A DNA stretch of 64,000 bases from Phycisphaerae bacterium (GTDB lineage: Bacteria > Planctomycetota > Phycisphaerae > UBA1845 > Fen-1342): positions 160,001-224,000 of the forward strand of contig CAXXWX010000019.1 of NCBI GenBank assembly GCA_963675745.2, written 5' to 3'. The translations under genes were made by a program, and so were the position numbers. Numbering within the stretch: position 1 is the stretch's first letter; each line of letters starts with the position of its first letter. The notes beneath the pieces were generated by a model. That model was not told where the DNA came from, did no database searches, and saw only the letters and a list, made by a program, of their open reading frames with translations. This document shows positions 1 through 8,199 of this stretch, one piece after another.

Positions 1-2427
1 ATAGGCCACGTCGCTCAGGCTTTGCACCACCTTGGGATGGTTGCTTGGCAACGCTCGTTGGCGTATTTCCAGCGCCGCCTGGTACTTGGGCAGCGCCTCC
101 TCCGACCGGTCCAGGGACACCAGGCAGTTGGCGAAGCACGTTAGTAGTTGTGCCGTGCCGGGGTGGCTGTCCGGGTACAGACGTTGGAACATCTCTACTG
201 CGGCTTCGAACTTGGGCAGGGCCTCCGCCGACCGTCCAAGAGAATGCAGGCAACTTGCCAGGTTCACCAGACTCTCGGCCACGTCCCCGTTGTCGCCTTC
301 AAAGAGCCGCTGGTTCATCGCCAGAGCCGCTTCATTCATGGGTAGCGCCTCGGCTGAGCGGCCAAGCTGCTGGAGGCAAACGCCCACGTAGTTCAGGCTC
401 CTGGCTATTTCGGAGTGATCCCCCTCGTAGAGCCGGCGATTGATCTCCAAGGCTGCCTCAAGGTTGGGCAAGGCCTCGGCAGGCCGGCCCAAGTGTTGCA
501 GGGAGCCGGCCACCGACATCAGAGCGTGTGCCACGGATCGGTGGTCGCCGTTATAGTCGCGCTGAAATATCTCGAGCGCCTTTCTCTGTTTCGGTAGCGC
601 CTCCGCTGGTCGGCCCAAGTAGCTCAGACAATCAGCCGCAAGCAACATGCCCCACGCGACACCGGGACTATCTCCCTGGTCGAGCCGCTTGCGCATCTCC
701 AGCGCCGCTTCATACGTGGCCAACGACTTCGCGTAGCGGCCAAGACGAGTCAGACACCGCCCTACCTCCATCATGGCTCGCGCGACGGTGGGGTGATCGC
801 CATCGTGAAGCTGCTGACTGATTTTCAGTGCCCGCTCGGCGACCCGGAGTGCCTCCTCGTCGCGGGCATTGCCAGAGAGAATCAGCGAGATGGTCAACCG
901 CAAAGCGACCTCGGTCTCTGGCTGGTCCTTCAATTGGCCGGCGTCGAGCAATTCAACGGCCTGGTTCATCGCATCCGCAACTAAGAAACCTCCATGGCCA
1001 CCATAGTAGGGGTTGCACGTGACGAGGGCCTCCGTTACGAACTTGTTGATCGTTTCGGCCTTCTTGCGTTCGCTCTCCGCCGCCGACGTTGCCGCTTCGG
1101 CCAGTTCGCGTTGCTTCTGTTCCGAAAGCAGGGCTGCCTCGGCCCGCTCGCGCTCATGAACGGCCTGCCGCCAGTAAATGGTTGAGATCACGAGCGCCGC
1201 CAGAACCACCACCAGGAACGATGCCGCCACGGCGACCGCCACGCGGTAGCGCTGCAGGTTCTTGCGCAACACATACCATCCACTGTCCCGCTTCGCCTCG
1301 ATTGGCTCGCCGGCGAGGTAGTGCCGCACATCGCGTCCGAGCTCGCCCGCCGACTGGTAACGCCGCTCGGGTGCCTTACTCAGGCACTTGAGCACGATCG
1401 TCTCAACCTCGTCGTTGATCTGCCGACGGATCGTGCTCGGCCGTGCCGGTTCGGCCTGCAAAATGTTGTCGAGCACATCACGCATGTTGCCGGCCACCTC
1501 GTACGGGAAGCGCCCGGTCAACATCTGGTAGAGAATCACTCCCAGCGAGTAAACGTCCGTGCGGATGTCAATGTTCCCCGGCACGCCCTCGGCCTGCTCC
1601 GGGCTGGCCCACGGCAGGCTGCCCACGAACTGGCCGGTTAGCGTCATCAGCGACGCGCCCGTCTCACTGCCCGAGCGTGCCAGGCCGAAGTCCAGAACGT
1701 GCGGCTGACCGTTCGCGTCGACTCGGATGTTGCCGGGCTTGAGGTCGCGGTGGATCACGCCGCGCAGGTGGGCCGCGTTGACGGCTTCACAGATCTTACC
1801 GAACAGCTCAAGCGTCTCGTCGATGCTCGGCTTGTTGCGCTCGATGTGTTCATCCAGCGCCCGTCCCGAGACGTAGTCCATGACGAAGTAATGGCTGCCG
1901 GCGGCCTCGCCGCTGTCGTGCACCGTGACGATGTTTGGATGCTTGAGCTGGCCGAGGATGGTAACCTCGCGATCGAAGCGGGCCCGGTCGGCAGCGCCCC
2001 CAAAGGGCCCCTCCTTCATGACCTTGATGGCCACCTTGCGTCTGGTGGACTGCTGGATGGCTTGGTAGACCACGCCCTGCCCCCCGCGGTGCAGTTCGCG
2101 GATGATTGTGTAACCGGCGATCGAGCCGGGATGGGTGGGGAGTGTAGCGGACGTGTCGCCGTGACCCTCCGTGGTGTCCTCGGGTGACAGCGTCTGCGTC
2201 ACGTCGTCGTTGGCCGCGGCGCGCTGGCGAGCCTGCTCGACAAGCCGCAGTGCGGCGAGTTGCTGGCCGAGTTCCGGCATCAGTTCGGGATGTGCAGCGG
2301 CGATCTCCTCATCCAGCACTAGCTCGCCTTCAGACCGCCGTCGCGCAACGTCCGCGACGACCTCGGTAACGCGCGCGCTTCGGCTGTCAGCACCTCCGTC
2401 TCGGACCGCTGAGTCTTCAGCAGTCAT
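1..2427 (-). CDS. Ser/Thr protein kinase with transmembrane helix and C-terminal 42-aa TPR repeats (copy 1; runs off left edge)
   Basis: Absent from the ORF track, apparently because no stop occurs in the window. Manual translation from ATG 2427 gives MTAEDSAVRDGGADSRSARVTEVVADVARRRSEGE..., the kinase motifs HRGGQGVVY, VAIKVMKEG, HRDLKPGN and DFGLA, and the repeat QRALPSNHPKVVQSLSDVAY at the edge. Spot-checked in frame. GGGGAG RBS. Clear paralog of 4042..6768. Confidence 0.93.
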   Translation of the reverse strand, partial: MTAEDSAVRDGGADSRSARVTEVVADVARRRSEGELVLDEEIAAAHPELMPELGQQLAALRLVEQARQRAAANDDVTQTLSPEDTTEGHGDTSATLPTHPGSIAGYTIIRELHRGGQGVVYQAIQQSTRRKVAIKVMKEGPFGGAADRARFDREVTILGQLKHPNIVTVHDSGEAAGSHYFVMDYVSGRALDEHIERNKPSIDETLELFGKICEAVNAAHLRGVIHRDLKPGNIRVDANGQPHVLDFGLARSGSETGASLMTLTGQFVGSLPWASPEQAEGVPGNIDIRTDVYSLGVILYQMLTGRFPYEVAGNMRDVLDNILQAEPARPSTIRRQINDEVETIVLKCLSKAPERRYQSAGELGRDVRHYLAGEPIEAKRDSGWYVLRKNLQRYRVAVAVAASFLVVVLAALVISTIYWRQAVHERERAEAALLSEQKQRELAEAATSAAESERKKAETINKFVTEALVTCNPYYGGHGGFLVADAMNQAVELLDAGQLKDQPETEVALRLTISLILSGNARDEEALRVAERALKISQQLHDGDHPTVARAMMEVGRCLTRLGRYAKSLATYEAALEMRKRLDQGDSPGVAWGMLLAADCLSYLGRPAEALPKQRKALEIFQRDYNGDHRSVAHALMSVAGSLQHLGRPAEALPNLEAALEINRRLYEGDHSEIARSLNYVGVCLQQLGRSAEALPMNEAALAMNQRLFEGDNGDVAESLVNLASCLHSLGRSAEALPKFEAAVEMFQRLYPDSHPGTAQLLTCFANCLVSLDRSEEALPKYQAALEIRQRALPSNHPKVVQSLSDVAY

Positions 2428-2467
2428 CCATCTACTCCCCGTTGCCTGCGCCGAAACAGCCAAGTTC

Positions 2468-2473
2468 AGTATA
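2468..2473 (-). promoter_or_regulatory. -10-like TATACT upstream of kinase copy 1
   Basis: CCATATACT is conserved at the equivalent position before both kinases (see 3995..4000), preceded by a TTTCC.CGGCCC block. Confidence 0.5.
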
Positions 2474-2550
2474 TGGCGAACACCAGGGCCGTGGAAAGCC
2501 GGCAGCGGGGGAGCTTACGCCGTGGGTGGTACGTGGCAGGTAATGAGCAA

Positions 2551-2577
2551 GGCGGGCGATTCGGTGAATCGCCCGCC
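2551..2577 (-). terminator. GC-rich stem-loop downstream of peptide gene 1 (terminator or RNA-stabilising hairpin)
   Basis: Perfect 12-bp stem GGCGGGCGATTC/GAATCGCCCGCC with a 3-nt loop. Only a weak U-tail. Conserved in copy 2. Confidence 0.6.
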
Positions 2578-2599
2578 CGCGGAGGCCTGGGGTTTTCGG

Positions 2600-2656
2600 T
2601 TAGAACCAGGGAAAAATGAACAAGAAATTGAGCCAGTAAAACGGATCGGGCCACAT
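2600..2656 (-). CDS. 18-aa aromatic-rich peptide MWPDPFYWLNFLFIFPWF (copy 1)
   Basis: AAGGAG RBS 6 nt before ATG, TAA stop. The paralog at 3809..3865 has the same length, 11/18 identity and five synonymous codon differences. Confidence 0.82.
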   Translation of the reverse strand: MWPDPFYWLNFLFIFPWF

Positions 2657-3049
2657 ATCAGACTCCTTTGCATGATCAGGTTTCGCGTGGCTCTCGGCGT
2701 CCACAGTCCCTCTAATGCGATCTGGGCGCCGCGCGCTCTCGCCGATTCGAAAAACCTCCAACTACCCGGCTCACCATCGTCACAACGTCGGCCGTGATGG
2801 AGGCGCATTGTCGCGTTTGACCGTGTCACCAGCAGAGCGACCACGCGATCCATGATCTTGGGACTCCCCCGCCGTCAGGATCTTCACCACACCCCGCTAC
2901 TTTCGCACCAGGCGGGGCTAATCCGATTCGTCTTGTGACGCGCGACCCGATTCAATGGCATGGCGCGTACGCTTCTGCCCCCACGAGCATTGAGGCGGGG
3001 CGGCCACGCCATGTGGGGGCGAAGATCGTGAGTTGAGGAGATTGGGGGC

Positions 3050-3700
3050 ATGTGTAGGGCTGATATATTGGCTGTGCTCGTGGGCTTGGTTCAGGTGTGC
3101 GTAAGCACAACGCTGTCGGACGTGTTCAACATGCCCGACAGCCTGACCAGCCTGGGCACCGTCACGGTGGGCAACCCAGGCAACGCGCCAGACACGCGCT
3201 ATGATCCGAACGGGTATGGTAGCGTGGACTACGTGTACAACATCGGCGAGCACGGGGTGACGGCCGTGCAGTACGCGGAGTTCCTCAACGCCGTGGCCGC
3301 AATGGACACTTACGGCCTGTACAACACGAACATGTTGTCGAGCAGTAGCCGCTGTAAGATCGAACGCAGCGGCTCGTCACCCAATTACACGTATAGCGTG
3401 GCCGGCGACTGGGCCGACCGGCCGGTGAACTACGTATCGTGGGGTGACGCGGCGCGGTTCGCCAACTGGCTACACAACGACCAACCGACCGGGGTGCAGG
3501 GACTGAGTACGACCGAGGACGGGGCGTACTTCCTGGACGGCGCGACGAGCAACGAAGAACTGCTCGCCGTGACGCGCGAGGTCGACTGGAACTGGGCGAT
3601 CACCAGTGAGGACGAGTGGTACATGGCTGCGTATCACCAGAACGACGGCGTGACGGGCAACCACTTCGACTATCCAACGAGCAGCGACAGCGTGCCGAGC
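3050..3700 (+). pseudogene. 3'-truncated SUMF1/formylglycine-generating-enzyme-like secreted protein
   Basis: Signal-like N-terminus, VTVGNPGNAPD, RPVNYVSWGDAARFANWLHN, SEDEWY.AAY. Family-like sequence ends at PTSSDSVPS (~3700), where the duplicated peptide-kinase module begins. The ORF tail to 3799 is non-coding module DNA. Confidence 0.8.
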
Positions 3701-3808
3701 AGCTGGAGGTTCTTTCGAGTCAAAGAGAGCGCGCCGTGCCCGGACTGCATTGATTGGAATGTGGACGCTGAGAGCCACGTGAGACCCCCTGAAACATAGG
3801 AGCCTGTT

Positions 3809-3865
3809 ATGTGGCCTGACCCGTGGTGGTTGTTCAACTTCTTCTCCATCTTCCCCTGGTGGTAA
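3809..3865 (+). CDS. 18-aa aromatic-rich peptide MWPDPWWLFNFFSIFPWW (copy 2)
   Basis: AGGAG RBS 6 nt before ATG, TAA stop. Paralog of 2600..2656. Confidence 0.82.
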   Translation: MWPDPWWLFNFFSIFPWW

Positions 3866-3886
3866 TGCAGACCTGAAGAACCGGCG

Positions 3887-3913
3887 GGCGGGCGATTCTA
3901 CGAATCGCCTGCC
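3887..3913 (+). terminator. GC-rich stem-loop downstream of peptide gene 2
   Basis: GGCGGGCGATTC-TAC-GAATCGCCTGCC (one G-U pair). The stem matches copy 1 while the loop differs. Confidence 0.6.
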
Positions 3914-3994
3914 TCGCGTGTTTCAGGCCTAATGTGTCGCCTACGTAGCCCACCCTCCCCCGATTCCACCTTTCCCCGGCCCGCGTGCTCACCA

Positions 3995-4000
3995 TATACT
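3995..4000 (+). promoter_or_regulatory. -10-like TATACT upstream of kinase copy 2
   Basis: Conserved with copy 1, about 40 nt before the ATG at 4042. Confidence 0.5.
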
Positions 4001-4041
4001 ACATTGGGCCAATTCAAGCGCAAGCCATGGGGAGCGTGTCG

Positions 4042-6768
4042 ATGGTTAGCGAGGACTCGGCATCAAAGGACGGCGATGCGGCCAGCCGCGAGGAGCGCAT
4101 CGTCCAGGTCATCGCGGATGTCGCGCGACGCCGGTCGGAAGGCGAGAAACTACCTGATGCACACATCACGGCGGAGCACGCGGACCTGATGCCCGAATTG
4201 GGTGAGCAGCTCGCCGCGTTGCACCGCGTCGAGCAGGGTCATCAGCGCGCCAAGATCAACGCCGACGTGACGCAAACGCGGCAGCCCGAGGACAGCGCAA
4301 ACATCGACACCCAGCCGGCCCTATCGCCGTTGAGTCAACCGGATTCAATCGCCGGCTACACGATTGTCCATGAGCTGCACCGCGGCGGACAGGGTGTTGT
4401 GTACCAGGCCATTCAGCAGTCCACCAAACGCAAAGTGGCCATCAAGGTCATGAAGGAGGGGCCGTTCGGCGATGCGGCCGAGCAAGCCCGTTTCCAGCGC
4501 GAGATCCAGATCCTCGGTCAGTTCCAGCACCCCAATATCGTGGCCATCCACGACAGCGGTATTGCCGCCGGCAGCCACTACTTTGTCATGGACTACATCC
4601 GCGGCGAGCCGCTCGATGCATACATGGCCTCGAGTAAGCGGTCGATCGACGACACGCTTCAGCTATTCGCAAAGATCTGCGACGCGGTCAACGCGGCGCA
4701 TCTGCGCGGCATCATTCACCGCGACCTGAAACCGGGCAATATCCGCATTGACACCGAGGGCGAGCCACACATTCTCGACTTCGGACTGGCGAAGGTCACC
4801 TCGGGTACGGACGCAACGCAGATGACCATGACCGGGATGTTCCTGGGGTCATTGCCGTGGGCCAGCCCGGAGCAGGCCGAGGGGGCGCCGGATCAGATCG
4901 ATGTGCGGACGGACGTGTATTCGCTGGGCGTGCTGCTGTATCAGATGCTGACGGGCAGATTCCCATACGAAGTCGTCGGGAACATGCGTGATGTGTTGGA
5001 CAACATCCTGAAGGCCACGCCAGCCAGGCCGAGCACCGTTCGCCGTCAAATCAATGATGAGGTCGAGACGATCGCCCTCAAGTGCCTGAGCAAGGAGAAG
5101 GAACGGCGTTATCAGTCTGCGGGCGAGTTGGCCCGCGACGTCCAGCGTTACCTGAAAGGCGAGCCGATCGAAGCCAAACGCGACAGTGGCTGGTACGTGC
5201 TCAAGAAGAGCCTGCGGCGGCATCGTGCCGCTGTTGCGGTAGCGGCGGCGTTTTTGCTCATACTTGGGGCCGGGTTGGCGACGTCACTCAGCCTGTGGCG
5301 GCAAGCAGTGCGCGAGCGGGATAGGGCGGTGGCGGCGGAGCAAAGCGAGGGCCGGCAGCGAAGGCGGGCCGAGGATGAGGCCCACAACGCGCGACTGGCC
5401 GAAGCCGAGCAACGCCGCCTGGCTCAGGCCGAACAGCGCGAGCGGAAGAAGGCGGAGGCAATCAACCGATTCGTGGGGAAGACGCTCGTGTCGTCAGATC
5501 CCCACCAAGGTGGCGAGTACGGGTTCCTGGTGGCAGATGCGATGGAACAGGCCATCGACCTGCTCGATGCCGGCGAGTTGCGCGACCAGCCGGAAATTGA
5601 AACCGCCCTGAGGCTGAAGATCGCCCAGATCCTCGCCGGCAATGCACGCTCGGAGTTGGCGCTGAGACTTGCCGAGCGCGCCCTGGAAACAGATCAGGCG
5701 CTCCATCCAGGTGATCATCCTGACGTGGCTGCGAGCCTGAGCGCGGTGGGTAACTGCTTGCGCTTGCGGGGTCAGTTGCAGGAGGCGCTGGTCAGGCTCC
5801 AGGCAGCGCTCGAGATGCGCCAACGGCTCTTCTCCGGCGACCATCGCGATGTCGCGGCGAGTCTGAACGACGTCGGTGGTTGCCTCGAAGCCCTGGGCTC
5901 ACCCGTATACGCGATTACCAAGTTCGAAGCCGCCCTGGGGATGTACCAACGACTTTACCCCGGCGACCACAGCAAGGTGGCGGCAGCACTGAGCAACACG
6001 GCCTCCTGCATGAAGTCCCTGGGACGACTCGATGAGGCGCTTACGATGTTTGAATCGGCGCTGGCTATGCGACAGCGACTGTTCGAAGGCGATCATCCTG
6101 ACATTGCGGCAAGCCTGAACAACTTGGGTGGATGCCTGGAGGCCCTAGGCCGGCCCTCTGATGCCCTGCCCATGTATGAGGCGGCGCTGGGAATGCGCCA
6201 GCGCTTGTTCCCAGGGGACCACCCCGGCGTGGCAACGAGTCTGAACAACGTGGCCGAGTGTCTGCAATACCTGGGTAGATACGAAGAGGCGCTACCCAAG
6301 CATGAAACGGCGCTGGAGATGTGGCAGCGGCTCTTTCCGGGCGATCACCCTGATGTGGCGGTGGGCCTGAACAATCTGGCCTCCGCCCTGCGTTCTATTG
6401 GTCGGCTGGAGGAGGCGCTGCCAAAGTACGAAGCGGCGCTGGAGATGAGGCGGCGTCTCTTCAAGGGTGATCATCCCGCCGTGGCGCGAAGCCTGAACAA
6501 CGTGGCCCGGTGTCTGGACAGCATGGGCCGCTCGGACGAGGCTTTGCCCAAGTTCGAGGCAGCGCTCGAGATGTACCAACGGCTCATCGCGGACGACCAT
6601 TCCGTCGTGGCGACGTGCCTGAACAACGTGGCTGCATGCTTGGACAACCTCCGGCGCCACGCCGAGGCAGTGCCGAAATACGAGGCGGCGCTGGAGATGT
6701 TCAAACGAGTTCTGCCGCCCGGCCAGCGCGTGCTGACGGTTGTTGCCGGTGCGATGATCCTCCAATGA
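4042..6768 (+). CDS. Ser/Thr protein kinase with TM helix and eight 42-aa TPR repeats (copy 2; natural C-terminus replaced by IS DNA)
   Basis: HRGGQGVVY, VAIK, HRDLKPGN, DFG, WASPEQ, DVYSLG. Hydrophobic segment AAVAVAAAFLLILGAGLATSLSLW. Eight (G/D)DH..V..SLNN-type repeats. Start set at 4042 from the GGGGAG RBS and alignment with the paralog. Confidence 0.95.
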   Translation: MVSEDSASKDGDAASREERIVQVIADVARRRSEGEKLPDAHITAEHADLMPELGEQLAALHRVEQGHQRAKINADVTQTRQPEDSANIDTQPALSPLSQPDSIAGYTIVHELHRGGQGVVYQAIQQSTKRKVAIKVMKEGPFGDAAEQARFQREIQILGQFQHPNIVAIHDSGIAAGSHYFVMDYIRGEPLDAYMASSKRSIDDTLQLFAKICDAVNAAHLRGIIHRDLKPGNIRIDTEGEPHILDFGLAKVTSGTDATQMTMTGMFLGSLPWASPEQAEGAPDQIDVRTDVYSLGVLLYQMLTGRFPYEVVGNMRDVLDNILKATPARPSTVRRQINDEVETIALKCLSKEKERRYQSAGELARDVQRYLKGEPIEAKRDSGWYVLKKSLRRHRAAVAVAAAFLLILGAGLATSLSLWRQAVRERDRAVAAEQSEGRQRRRAEDEAHNARLAEAEQRRLAQAEQRERKKAEAINRFVGKTLVSSDPHQGGEYGFLVADAMEQAIDLLDAGELRDQPEIETALRLKIAQILAGNARSELALRLAERALETDQALHPGDHPDVAASLSAVGNCLRLRGQLQEALVRLQAALEMRQRLFSGDHRDVAASLNDVGGCLEALGSPVYAITKFEAALGMYQRLYPGDHSKVAAALSNTASCMKSLGRLDEALTMFESALAMRQRLFEGDHPDIAASLNNLGGCLEALGRPSDALPMYEAALGMRQRLFPGDHPGVATSLNNVAECLQYLGRYEEALPKHETALEMWQRLFPGDHPDVAVGLNNLASALRSIGRLEEALPKYEAALEMRRRLFKGDHPAVARSLNNVARCLDSMGRSDEALPKFEAALEMYQRLIADDHSVVATCLNNVAACLDNLRRHAEAVPKYEAALEMFKRVLPPGQRVLTVVAGAMILQ

Positions 6769-7024
6769 GTCCCCTGCCGCCGTAGTCAATCCCAAAGCGT
6801 CATCGAGTTCGCGATCGGCCAGCAATCCAGCATCGGATGTGATCCGCGAACCGTGAAACGCGAGCTTCAGGCCGCCGTCAAACCCGACTCGCAACGCCGC
6901 CTTGCGCCTTTCACCCATTGGGTTCTCCGCCGGTTTTGTGCTGCGATGCCGAAAAGCCCGTGATTTATAGCTCCAAATCTATGTCAAGTATAACACACTG
7001 TAGACATTATCTGGGAAATCCGGG
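6718..7024 (-). mobile_element. IS1380-family remnant (left end plus first ~67 codons of transposase, ATG 6918)
   Basis: MGERRKAALRVGFDGGLKLAFHGSRITSDAGLLADRELDDALGLT...RTGNNRQH matches the IS1380 (DDE_Tnp_1_4) N-terminus. AT-rich leader. Candidate terminal sequence CCCGGATTTCCCAGAT at 7024..7009. Confidence 0.85.
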
Positions 7025-7287
7025 TTCAGCCCCCCTCCGAGGAAGCAGTCCGGCCAGCGCGGGAAGTGTTGGAATGGCACTGCTCCAACCGTTTGGTCTC
7101 CGCGTGACGGTGTGTGCTAGCCGCGGCGGCATGCGTAGCCGCGACCCAAACGCTGGTCATGACCAGGCGTCCGAGTAATAGGAGATCGCCGTTACGACCA
7201 ACACCGCACATCACGAGGAAGCGATGCCTGGCTTGGCCACCCGCGTTCCGTTGTCAGCTCCCCGCGATTATGCTCTTATTCGGCCCC

Positions 7288-8109
7288 ATGAGACTGCTCT
7301 ACGTCACCGATCTTCACGGGCACCACGCCAAGTACCGGAAAGTCCTTCGCCTCGCGCGCGACCAGAGCGTCGACATCGTCGTCAACGGCGGGGACATGTT
7401 GCCCAAGTCCGGCGACCTGCACGCGGTGCAGGCCGAGTTCCTCGACCGGTTTCTGGACGCGCACCTGGGCGAGTACGACGCGGCCGGGATTCACTACGTG
7501 GCGCTGCTGGGCAACGACGATCTCCGCGTCTACGACGAGCGGTATAGCGAGATTTGCTCTCGCCATCCGATGGCGACAGACCTGGCGCAGTCGCGTCTGG
7601 AAGTCGGCGATTTCGACCTGATCGGCATGAACTGGGTGGTGGATTACCCGTTCCGCTTGAAGGACCGCTGCCGCATGGACACGGAGGCCTATAGCTTTGG
7701 CCCGCAGCTCGGGGCTGCCTTGCTCTCCCTGCCCGACGGCTTCGAGGATGTCCCCGATTGGCCGACACAGGCTCGAGCATGGCCGACCATCGAGGAAGAA
7801 CTCGACCGCCTGCCATCGGCGCGGAACCCGGAAACCGCGATCTACGTAGTCCATATGCCCCCGGCGAACCTCGGCCTGGACGTGTGCGGGAACGGGGACA
7901 CGGTCGGGTCAGGGGCGGTGTATCGGTTCATTGAGCGCCGCCGCCCGATGCTGGCCCTGCACGGGCACATCCACGAGTCCCCCGACGTAAGCGGCGTCTG
8001 GCGCGCCAGGCTCGGGCGGACATGGTGCGTCCAACCCGGACAGATGAAGCCGCTCGCGTGCGTGCTGATCGAGCTGCCGGAGATGACGATGGAACGGCGC
8101 GTCAGGTAG
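7288..8109 (+). CDS. Calcineurin-like metallophosphoesterase (Icc-related)
   Basis: DLHG, GGD, LGNDD, VHMPP and HGHIHE motifs. Start placed at MRLLYVTDLHG. Confidence 0.9.
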   Translation: MRLLYVTDLHGHHAKYRKVLRLARDQSVDIVVNGGDMLPKSGDLHAVQAEFLDRFLDAHLGEYDAAGIHYVALLGNDDLRVYDERYSEICSRHPMATDLAQSRLEVGDFDLIGMNWVVDYPFRLKDRCRMDTEAYSFGPQLGAALLSLPDGFEDVPDWPTQARAWPTIEEELDRLPSARNPETAIYVVHMPPANLGLDVCGNGDTVGSGAVYRFIERRRPMLALHGHIHESPDVSGVWRARLGRTWCVQPGQMKPLACVLIELPEMTMERRVR

Positions 8110-8199
8110 GCCCAGTCGCCCGTACCGCGTGCAGAAGCTCGGGACACCGTCACACCGGACGGCGGCACCGTCACTCATCACAAGTCCCAGCGGGCAGGC

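Noticed and set aside
2515..2853. 112-aa minus-strand ORF sharing SWRFF with the tail of ORF 3050..3799
   Set aside because: The similarity comes from the duplicated upstream DNA. The frames diverge straight after SWRFF, and the conserved frame is the 18-aa peptide.
2972..3024. GCCCCCAC...GTGGGGGC inverted repeat before the FGE-like gene as a riboswitch
   Set aside because: No recognisable aptamer motif. GC-rich pairing alone is insufficient.
6292..6718. Rest of the 208-aa transposase-starting ORF
   Set aside because: Beyond about codon 67 it is just the antisense of the kinase TPR repeats.
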